Origin: Clostridium sp.
GTDB lineage: Bacteria; Bacillota; Clostridia; Oscillospirales; Acutalibacteraceae
NCBI GenBank assembly: GCA_023663865.1
Contig: JAMPGU010000008.1
Span: 715-64,714 of the forward strand
Length of the DNA stretch: 64,000 bases
Reading direction: 5' to 3'
Of this stretch, positions 17,749-24,976 are shown piece after piece. The position numbers and the translations under genes are program-made. Within the stretch, counting starts at the first letter, position 1. Each line of letters opens with the position of its first letter. The notes below the pieces were generated by a model. It was given only the letters and a program-made list of their open reading frames with translations. It had not been told where the DNA came from and did no database searches.

Positions 17749-18516
17749 ATGACTAAAGAACCTAAAGCTATGGCTTACGTCAATATGTATGGTGTTCTGG
17801 CTACGCTGGAAAATCTCTGTGCTGTTGATGAGGAAGCAAAGGCAGTCTGTGCATCACTGAAAAAGCCGGTTTCAATTTGCTTTGACGTAAATGACGGTCC
17901 GTGCTGTACCTTCCATTTTACTAATTCAGGCTGCAAAATGAGCGAGGGAAGCTTCGGCTGCACCTGCAAAATGAACTTTTCTTCTCCTGAAAAGTTTAAT
18001 GATTTGATTGATAACAGCAAGCCGGGTATGCCTGTAAAGAATTTGCCGCAGGTATTATCTTTCCTGCTTGGTCCGTTTACTAAGCTTACGGACAGACTTA
18101 CGAAGCTTCTTATGCCGAGCGAGAAGGATTTAAAGGACAGAGCCTTTTTTGAAGAGTCAACAATACTGACCTTCTATACCATTGCCGGTGCATTGTCTGC
18201 ACTTGCAAACAGCGATTCTATATCAAAGCAATCTGCACTTTATACGGTTGATGGTGATGTGTCACTTGGTATTACGGATGTCTGCTATGCAACCCTGAGA
18301 GTCAGGGATCATAAGTTTGAAACCATAAAGGAAAAACCGGATACACCCCGTGCAATTATGGAGTTTAAAACTATTGATCTTGCATTTGGATTGTTCACAG
18401 GAACAGCTTCAACAATGGCTGAGCTTTGTGCAGGCAATATCTATATGGCAGGTATGATTTCAATGGTTGATAATATTAACAGAATTCTTGACAGAGTTGC
18501 TGCGTATTTAGGATAA
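17749..18516 (+). CDS. hypothetical protein with SCP2 (sterol-carrier)-like segments
   Basis: AGGAGG SD. The C-terminal pattern DLAFGLFTGTASTMAELCAGNIYMAGMISMVDNINRIL resembles the SCP2 pattern G.l.p..a...Gk.k..Gd. Paralogous in outline to ORF 21768. Confidence 0.5.
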   Translation: MTKEPKAMAYVNMYGVLATLENLCAVDEEAKAVCASLKKPVSICFDVNDGPCCTFHFTNSGCKMSEGSFGCTCKMNFSSPEKFNDLIDNSKPGMPVKNLPQVLSFLLGPFTKLTDRLTKLLMPSEKDLKDRAFFEESTILTFYTIAGALSALANSDSISKQSALYTVDGDVSLGITDVCYATLRVRDHKFETIKEKPDTPRAIMEFKTIDLAFGLFTGTASTMAELCAGNIYMAGMISMVDNINRILDRVAAYLG

Positions 18517-18529
18517 GGAGGAAAAGACA

Positions 18530-19801
18530 ATGAGTAAATATCCGGAATATACCCACGAAAAATCACAGGAGTGGTTCAGCCGTGCGTTAAATGCAATTCC
18601 ATCAGGTGTGTATGGTCATCTTGGCCCGTCAGAGGGTCTTTTTCTTCCGATTACAAAGTGGCCTCTTATGTCTCAAAAGGCGAAGGGTACATATTTTTGG
18701 GACGTAGACGGCAATAAATATCTTGACTTTATGTGTGCATATGGTCCCAATGTTCTTGGCTATTGTGATGATGATGTAGATGCTGCTGCAATGGAGCAGC
18801 TAAAAATAGGCAACTGTACCACATCTCCGTCCTATAAGATGGTTGAATGTGCAGAGCTTCTTAAAGATACAGTTGCAATGGCTGACTGGGCGTTCTTTAT
18901 GAAGAACGGCTCGGATGCTACCACTTTCAGCGTAATGTGCGCACGTGCCCATACAGGCAAGAAAAAGATGATGTTCTTTAAGGGTTATTATCACGGTGAT
19001 TTCCAGTGGGCGCAGAAAATTGACTACCCGGGCGTTCTGCCTGAGGAGGTAGAGAATAATATCGTTGTGCCTTGGTTTGATATTGATGCTATGCAGGCTG
19101 CCTATGATGCCTGCGGCGGAGATGTTGCCGGCTTGATTGCACAGCCTTACGACCACGGAAACTTTAAGGATAACGAATGTGCCACCAAGGAGCAGTGGGC
19201 AAAGGTTCGTAAGTTCTGTGACGATCACGGAATGGTGCTTATTATTGATGATGTAAGAACCGGCTTCAGACTTGATATTGAAGGCTCCGACCATTATTAT
19301 GGATTTAAGGCTGATTTAATCTGCTTCTGTAAAGCTCTTGCAAACGGCTATAATATGTCAGCAGTCTGCGGACAGGAGCATATGAAAAATACAGCTTCTT
19401 CCGTTGTATATACAGGCTCATACTGGATGAGTGCAGAGCCTTTTGCAGCTTGTCTTGCTTGTATTCCTAAAATGAAAAAGCTGGATGTTCCTACTATGTT
19501 CAGAGAAAAGGGCATTAAGCTTACTGAGGGTCTCAAGGCTGCCGGTAAGGAGCATGGCTTTAACTTGGTAGTGTCCGGTGAGCCTGCATTGTTCTATCTT
19601 AGAATTGCAAATGATGACAGCTTGATGCTGCATCAGGAATGGATTGCTGAGTGCGTTTCCAGAGGTCTTTTCCTTGCTTCTCACCACAATCACTTCATCA
19701 ATGCAGCTGTTACGGATGACGATATCAAGCTGGCTGTTGATATTGCTGAGGATGCTTTTGGCGTTGTTGCAGCAAAGCATCCGGAGCTTGATTTAAAATA
19801 A
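18530..19801 (+). CDS. class-III (GSA-aminomutase-like) PLP-dependent aminotransferase
   Basis: Motifs LIIDDVRTGFR and CFCKALANG (Schiff-base lysine context). Length and N-terminus are typical of the HemL-like family. Confidence 0.85.
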   Translation: MSKYPEYTHEKSQEWFSRALNAIPSGVYGHLGPSEGLFLPITKWPLMSQKAKGTYFWDVDGNKYLDFMCAYGPNVLGYCDDDVDAAAMEQLKIGNCTTSPSYKMVECAELLKDTVAMADWAFFMKNGSDATTFSVMCARAHTGKKKMMFFKGYYHGDFQWAQKIDYPGVLPEEVENNIVVPWFDIDAMQAAYDACGGDVAGLIAQPYDHGNFKDNECATKEQWAKVRKFCDDHGMVLIIDDVRTGFRLDIEGSDHYYGFKADLICFCKALANGYNMSAVCGQEHMKNTASSVVYTGSYWMSAEPFAACLACIPKMKKLDVPTMFREKGIKLTEGLKAAGKEHGFNLVVSGEPALFYLRIANDDSLMLHQEWIAECVSRGLFLASHHNHFINAAVTDDDIKLAVDIAEDAFGVVAAKHPELDLK

Positions 19802-19849
19802 ATAATTAATTTGGTTTAACATAAATGAATATTTTAAGGGGGATATTTT

Positions 19850-20743
19850 ATGCCAGCTAATTATAAGCCATTTGATAAAGAGGAATGGCTGCGCCTTGAA
19901 AAAAAGGCAGATGAACTCAGACGACTGACGATACAGACAGCTGTTTGGGGCGGTTCAGGTCACATCGGCGGTTCTATGAGTGCAATGGATGCTATGACCA
20001 TTCTTTATCACCGTTTTATGAAGGTGGATGTAAACAATCCGAATATGGCCGACCGTGACAGATTTGTTCTTTCAAAGGGTCACTGTGCAGTGGGCTATGC
20101 ACCGCTTCTTGTTGACTATGGCTTTATGCCTGTTGATGAGCTGAAAATCTTCAACCTTACCGGTGCAAAAATCGGTATGCATCTCGACTGCAATAAGGTT
20201 GTGGGTGTTGACTGCTCAACCGGTTCATTGGGTCACGGACTTTCCTTGGCTGTCGGCTTTGCGCTGGCAGGCAGAGTTAAGGGCATTGATTATATGAACT
20301 ATGTTCTTACAGGCGACGGTGAGCTGAATGAGGGCTCAAACTGGGAGGCTGCTATGAGTGCAGCGCAGTTCAAGCTTTCTAATGTTGTTGTTTTGGCTGA
20401 CCTTAACAAATGTATGATTGACGGACGCGTGGATGATGAAATGAAGGTTGAGCCTGTTGATAAAAAGTTTGAGGCCTTCGGCTTTAACGTGATTCGTGTT
20501 GACGGTCATAATATGAAAGAGCTTAATGATGCAATTGAGGCTGCTATTAAAAATCATCAGGACGGCGGAGATAAGCCTACAGCCATTTGTATGGATACAT
20601 ATAAAGGTGAGGGTGTTGACTTTATGAAGGATAACTACCTGTGGCACTATGGCTCACTGGATGAGGAAATGGTTAAAACTGCTTACGCAAGTCTTGATAA
20701 ATATTACAAAGAACGCTGTGACAGAGCAGAGAAGGAGGCGTAA
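19850..20743 (+). CDS. transketolase, N-terminal (TPP-binding) subunit
   Basis: Motifs SGHIGGSMS, LSKGH, GSLGHGLS and GDGELNEGSNWEA. Confidence 0.9.
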   Translation: MPANYKPFDKEEWLRLEKKADELRRLTIQTAVWGGSGHIGGSMSAMDAMTILYHRFMKVDVNNPNMADRDRFVLSKGHCAVGYAPLLVDYGFMPVDELKIFNLTGAKIGMHLDCNKVVGVDCSTGSLGHGLSLAVGFALAGRVKGIDYMNYVLTGDGELNEGSNWEAAMSAAQFKLSNVVVLADLNKCMIDGRVDDEMKVEPVDKKFEAFGFNVIRVDGHNMKELNDAIEAAIKNHQDGGDKPTAICMDTYKGEGVDFMKDNYLWHYGSLDEEMVKTAYASLDKYYKERCDRAEKEA

Positions 20744-20745
20744 AT

Positions 20746-21756
20746 ATGGCTGGAATGACATATACAATGACGGATACCACTAAGCTGTCAACTGCAGAGT
20801 GCTATGGTATTGCACTGTGCGAGCTTGGTGAGGAGCATAAGGATGTTGTTGCCCTTACTGCCGACCTTGCAAAATCAACGAAAATCGGTATGTTCGGCGA
20901 GCATTTCCCTGACAGATTTTTTAACGTAGGTATCGCTGAACAAAATCTGTTTGGTGTAGCTGCCGGTATGGCGAAAAACGGCTTGGTTCCTTTTGCCTCT
21001 ACCTTTGCTATTTTTACTGCTGCTCGTTCTCTTGACCAGATTCATACAGATATCTGTTATCAGAATGTGCCAGTAAAAATCATTGCAACCCATGCAGGTA
21101 CCTCCTTCGGTCAGGCTGGCTCTACCCACCATTCACTCATTGATATGGCGTGTATGAGAGCTTTGCCGAATATGACTGTTATTTGTCCTTGTGACGGATC
21201 TGAAACCTACCATGCAGTTAAGGCTGCCTATGATATAGAAGGCCCTGTTTATATTCGTATTAACCGTGGCTTTGACCAGGTAATTTACAAGAGCATTGAT
21301 GATTGCAAATTTGAGTGGAATAAAGCAACAACGATGAATGAGGGTACAGATATTACAGTTATTGCCTGTGGCTCCTGTGTGTTTGAGGCTATGCAGGCTG
21401 CACGTATGGCTGAGGCTGATGCAGGCTTGAAGGTGCGTGTACTCAATATGCATACAATTAAACCTCTTGATGAGGAGGCTGTATTGTCTGCCGTTATGGA
21501 TACCCGCAGAATTATAACGGTTGAGGATCACGAGGTTATGGGCGGACTTGGCTCTGCTGTAGCTGAGGTTGTGGCTAAGTCAGGTAAGGCTTGTGCTTTC
21601 AAAATGCTTGGACATCAGAATGCATTTTCTACCATTGGTCTGCAGGAGGATTTGCTGGCTATGGCAAAGATTGATGCAAATGGTATTACAGAAGCCATTC
21701 AGGAAATGATGCACGCTGATTTTGAGGCTGATGATGCCTGGGATGATGAATTTTAA
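20746..21756 (+). CDS. transketolase, C-terminal (pyrimidine-binding) subunit
   Basis: Motifs FNVGIAEQN, GSTHHS, and EDH..MGGLGSAV near the C-terminus. Confidence 0.9.
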   Translation: MAGMTYTMTDTTKLSTAECYGIALCELGEEHKDVVALTADLAKSTKIGMFGEHFPDRFFNVGIAEQNLFGVAAGMAKNGLVPFASTFAIFTAARSLDQIHTDICYQNVPVKIIATHAGTSFGQAGSTHHSLIDMACMRALPNMTVICPCDGSETYHAVKAAYDIEGPVYIRINRGFDQVIYKSIDDCKFEWNKATTMNEGTDITVIACGSCVFEAMQAARMAEADAGLKVRVLNMHTIKPLDEEAVLSAVMDTRRIITVEDHEVMGGLGSAVAEVVAKSGKACAFKMLGHQNAFSTIGLQEDLLAMAKIDANGITEAIQEMMHADFEADDAWDDEF

Positions 21757-21767
21757 GGAGTAATCAT

Positions 21768-22565
21768 ATGGCAAGTAATGAAACAAAATACACGAATAAG
21801 GTGTTTATGGCAGGCGCTTTGCCTCTTATGAAAACCATTGCCACAGACGTGCCTGAACTGAAGAAAAAGTTTGAGGGCGTTAATGCTATATATCAGGTTT
21901 CTGCTAAAGTGAATGCTGAGGACAAGGAGGCTGTTCACTTTATTGTTGAAAATGGTGAATGGTCTGTTAAGCTGGGCGAATATCTCGGACAGGGCAAAAT
22001 TGATGCAGAGCTTGCATTTTCCTCAATGGAAAAGATGAATGCTTTTATGAAGGGCGATATGTCAAAACTTCCGAAAATGAAGATTAAATCCTTCGGTAAA
22101 TTTATGAAGTTTATGATGGTGCTTTTGAAAATGTCCTCGCTTCTTGGAATTACAGAGCCTCCCGAGGATGATGAGGAGCTTTCACTGCTGCTTTGTAAGC
22201 TGTATTTTTATCTTCTTTCCTCAGGTATTTCTCAGTTGAATAAGCTGGGTCATCCTGCTGTACATGAATGGGCGCTGAAAAGTCCTGACAGATGTTATCA
22301 GTGGGCAGTTGAGGGTCATCCTGAATGTACGGCTTATATGAGGGTTAAGGCAGGTAAATCAAGAGCAGGCAGAGGTGAATATAAGCGTTCAAAGCCTTTC
22401 TTCTGTATGAAGTTTGACTGCGCTACATCTGCTTTGAAGATATTGCTTGGTACAGGCGATATGTTCCAGATGACTGCAAATCAGCAGCTGATTATGGAGG
22501 GCGCGCCTGAATTCGGTGTTCAGATTGGTGACTTTATGATGCTGGTCGGAGACCTTGCAAAATAA
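21768..22565 (+). CDS. hypothetical protein with SCP2-like segments (second copy in the cluster)
   Basis: The N-terminal half has AELAFSSMEKMNAFMKGDMS. The C-terminal half has SALKILLGTGDMFQMTANQQLIMEGAPEFGVQIGDFM. Confidence 0.5.
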   Translation: MASNETKYTNKVFMAGALPLMKTIATDVPELKKKFEGVNAIYQVSAKVNAEDKEAVHFIVENGEWSVKLGEYLGQGKIDAELAFSSMEKMNAFMKGDMSKLPKMKIKSFGKFMKFMMVLLKMSSLLGITEPPEDDEELSLLLCKLYFYLLSSGISQLNKLGHPAVHEWALKSPDRCYQWAVEGHPECTAYMRVKAGKSRAGRGEYKRSKPFFCMKFDCATSALKILLGTGDMFQMTANQQLIMEGAPEFGVQIGDFMMLVGDLAK

Positions 22566-22582
22566 TATATATTACATATTTT

Positions 22583-22614
22583 AAGGACAGTCAAAGTAAT
22601 GACTGTCCTTTGTT
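22583..22614 (+). terminator. intrinsic terminator of the five-gene cluster
   Basis: AAGGACAGUC-AAAGUAAU-GACUGUCCUU (22583-22610), followed by UUGUU. Confidence 0.55.
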
Positions 22615-22649
22615 CATTGACTTTGCTGCTTAAAGATGCTATACTGAAA

Positions 22650-22817
22650 TTGCCAAACAAAATTGAATTTTTTCGTTAAGAAAGTATGTCTTTTTATTTT
22701 TTGATAAAAATGCGTACTCTATTTGCACATGCTTTTTTAATGATTGTATGTTCAATTTTGTTTGGCGACAGTTGGGGTATGCGTTTTATTGCACAGCTTC
22801 GGCTGTGCATTTTTTTT
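22650..22817 (+). ncRNA. structured small RNA, array copy 1 (unknown family; ends estimated)
   Basis: Promoter TTGACT(22617)-17-TATACT(22640). P1 pairs 22652-22667 with 22751-22766 (16 bp). Terminator UGCACAGC-UUCG-GCUGUGCA + U8 at 22790-22817. Confidence 0.6.
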
Positions 22818-22916
22818 ATTTTATGACAACAAAAATATGAATGCTTTTAATTTGAGTTTAAAGCATTTGAACATTTGTATTTATTGACTTCACTGTCTAA
22901 TGATGATATACTAAAA

Positions 22917-23078
22917 ATGCCAAATGATTTTCAATTTTATAACCATAAGATGCGGTAAGTGTTTTTCTTGTTAAAAATGCTTGCTCTTTTCAGCTTACTG
23001 CTTTTATGGTAAATTGGAAAATTGTTTGGCGACAGTGGGAGCAGCGTTTTATTGCACAGCTTCGGCTGTGCATTTTTT
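22917..23078 (+). ncRNA. structured small RNA, array copy 2
   Basis: Promoter TTGACT(22884)-17-TATACT(22907). P1 pairs 22919-22937 with 23011-23030 (includes G-U pairs and one bulge). Terminator at 23053-23078. Confidence 0.6.
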
Positions 23079-23181
23079 GTTTTATGGCAATAAAGAAAAC
23101 GATGAATGCTTTTGATTTGAATTTAAGGAACTTGAACATTCGTATTCATTGACTTTACTGCCTAATAATGATATACTGAAA

Positions 23182-23343
23182 TTGCCAAACAAATTCCATA
23201 ATTATTTTAACTAACATAGGTGGGCGTTTTTATTTTGTTAAAAATGCGTGCTCTTGTTCTGCACACTTGTGTTAGTGTAAGGAATTTGTTTGGCGACAGT
23301 TGGTGCATGCGTTTTATTGCACAGCCTCGGCTGTGCATTTTTT
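23182..23343 (+). ncRNA. structured small RNA, array copy 3
   Basis: Promoter TTGACT(23149)-17-TATACT(23172). P1 pairs 23184-23197 with 23281-23294 (14 bp, perfect). Terminator at 23318-23343 with loop CUCG. Confidence 0.6.
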
Positions 23344-23446
23344 GTTTTATGGCAATAAAGAAAACTATGAATGTTTTTAATTTGAATTTAAAGAGTTTGA
23401 ACATTCGTATTCATTGACTTTGCTGCACAATAATGATATACTAAAA

Positions 23447-23618
23447 ATGCCAATAACTCTATAATTTAATAATGTACAAATAAACAGCGTGTTTTTTTAT
23501 TCTTGATAAAAATGCAGGCTCTTTATTAGCATACTGTTTTTTGTACAGTATAGTTATAGGGTTGTTGGCGCAGTCGGAGTCTTGCGTTTTATTGCACAGC
23601 TTCGGCTGTGCATTTTTT
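23447..23618 (+). ncRNA. structured small RNA, array copy 4 (also the leader of the NYN-like ORF)
   Basis: Promoter TTGACT(23414)-17-TATACT(23437). P1 pairs 23449-23464 with 23554-23569. P2 pairs 23473-23487 with 23534-23547. Terminator at 23593-23618, 19 nt before the ATG at 23638. Confidence 0.6.
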
Positions 23619-23637
23619 ATTTTAGGGGATAAAGAAT

Positions 23638-24015
23638 ATGGCTTGCTTTTTAATTGATTTTGAGAATGAAAGCGGAAAACTGCTTGACGGAATATCCTGC
23701 CTGAATTTGACCGAAAAGGATGAGCTTGTAATTTTCTACAGCAAAAATGTGTCCCACGTACATATGGAGCTGCACAAGGAGCTTGAAAAGGTGCGGGCAA
23801 AAAAGCTGTATATTAAAACAGAGGTAGGAACACCGCATGCACTGGATTTTCAGCTTTCCTCCTATCTGGGAGCCTGTATTCAGAAACACCCTGAAAAAGA
23901 ATATTTTATTGTGTCAAAGGACAAGGGATTTGACTGTGTCTGTCGTTTTTGGAACAGTAAAAATATTTTTGTAGAAAGAATTGCCGTGATTTTGCTGTTG
24001 GGTATGTACAGATAA
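23638..24015 (+). CDS. small NYN/LabA-like (PIN-fold) putative ribonuclease, 125 aa
   Basis: AGGGGA SD. Motifs CFLIDFEN (N-terminal strand plus acidic residues), HALDFQLSSYLG and YFIVSKDKGFD follow the NYN-domain pattern (iDgeN ... aDi.l ... SgDsDf). Judged by eye only. Confidence 0.55.
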   Translation: MACFLIDFENESGKLLDGISCLNLTEKDELVIFYSKNVSHVHMELHKELEKVRAKKLYIKTEVGTPHALDFQLSSYLGACIQKHPEKEYFIVSKDKGFDCVCRFWNSKNIFVERIAVILLLGMYR

Positions 24016-24196
24016 TCTTTTTTCATTATCAACCGTGACGGCAGGAGAGCAGAAACAAATAAAATTATTTGGAATTTACTATTGAAATTTTCTGCCGTAT
24101 AATGTAATATAATATAAATTATATAATATATAAATATTTCGTCAGTGATTTCTTTAAACGAATGTAAATTATTGGCACGCTTTTATGGAGTTGTGT

Positions 24197-24976
24197 ATGG
24201 AAAAAATCACAGGAAAAAATAATGATTTGGTAAAGGGCATAAAAAAGCTGTTATCTTCTTCCAGGGAGCGTAAGGAAAAGGGTTTGTTCGTTCTCGAGGG
24301 AGCTAGATTGGTTTTTGATGTCCTTAATTCTTTTTATAAGGTAAAAATTTTTTTAGTAACCGAGGATATTCTTGCAAAGTATAGTAGTGAATGTGACAGT
24401 CTGATTCGCTTGGCAGAACAGTCATATATTATATCAAAGGATGTTTCCTCCAAGCTGACAGAGACCAAAAGTGCGCAGGGTGTATTTGCTGTCTGTGAAT
24501 GCAAGGGCGACGAGGACTTTCGTTTTGTCAGCAACGGAAAATATGTTGCCCTTGATAATGTTCAGGACCCGGGCAATCTCGGTGCTATTGTTCGCACGGC
24601 AGAGGCGCTTGGTATAGACGGCGTGCTGGTTGGCGGCGGCTGTGATATGTATAATCCCAAGGTGCTTCGCTCCGCAATGGGTTCAATGCTCAGAATAAAT
24701 ATAAAGCAAACGAATGATTTATCCTCCCTGCTTGCTGATATGAAGCGCAGCGGCTTTAAGCTCTACGGCACAGTGCCAAGCAGCAGTGCGCAGCCGATAA
24801 CAAATATAGATTTTTCTTCAGGGGCAGTCTGTGTTATCGGAAATGAGGCAAACGGAATATCCGACGAAATCAAGGAATGCTGTGATAAGCTGGTGACAAT
24901 TAAAATGCTCGGCAGGGCAGAAAGCCTTAATGCATCTGTTGCCGCTTCAATAACGATGTGGGAGATGCTGAGATGA
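24197..24976 (+). CDS. TrmH/SpoU-family RNA 2'-O-methyltransferase
   Basis: Motifs NVQDPGNLGAIVRTAEA, IGNEANGIS and SLNASVAASI. ATG at 24197 lies 6 nt after GGAG. Confidence 0.85.
   Translation: MEKITGKNNDLVKGIKKLLSSSRERKEKGLFVLEGARLVFDVLNSFYKVKIFLVTEDILAKYSSECDSLIRLAEQSYIISKDVSSKLTETKSAQGVFAVCECKGDEDFRFVSNGKYVALDNVQDPGNLGAIVRTAEALGIDGVLVGGGCDMYNPKVLRSAMGSMLRINIKQTNDLSSLLADMKRSGFKLYGTVPSSSAQPITNIDFSSGAVCVIGNEANGISDEIKECCDKLVTIKMLGRAESLNASVAASITMWEMLR

Larger units (their letters stand above)
22613..23680 (+). repeat. four head-to-tail copies (~265-267 bp) of a promoter / structured RNA / terminator / gene-5'-relic module
   Basis: -35 TTGACT boxes lie at 22617, 22884, 23149 and 23414. The -10 (TGnTATACT), 5' tag, 3' tail and terminator are conserved. 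Homology of the last copy extends into the first ~40 nt of ORF 23638. Confidence 0.9.

Noticed and set aside
22686-22826. Hydrophobic ORFs inside the RNA modules: 46 aa in copy 1 (MSFYFLIKMRTLFAHAFLMIVCSILFGDSWGMRFIAQLRLCIFFIL) and the listed 65-aa ORF 23220..23417 in copy 3. They resemble type I toxin peptides.
   Set aside because: The frame is closed by stop codons in copies 2 and 4, and neither ORF has a convincing SD. The compensatory changes involve the 5' strand of P1, which lies outside these ORFs. This supports conservation at the RNA level rather than the peptide level.
22613-23680. Considered whether the tandem array is a CRISPR array or a simple satellite.
   Set aside because: The period is ~265 bp and each unit contains its own promoter and terminator. 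There is no short repeat/spacer alternation and no cas genes in the window.
23459-23800. Listed minus-strand ORF (113 aa) spanning array copy 4 and the NYN-like gene start, together with ORFs 23207..23404(-) and 23650..23889(-).
   Set aside because: These are antisense to well-supported + strand features, have an odd composition (P/A/R-rich then K-rich), and lack an SD.
24095-24170. TA-rich low-complexity tract (GTATAATGTAATATAATATAAATTATATAATATATAAATAT) upstream of the TrmH-family gene.
   Set aside because: This is probably just promoter/UP-element-like AT-rich spacer. I found no clear repeat unit or paired structure.
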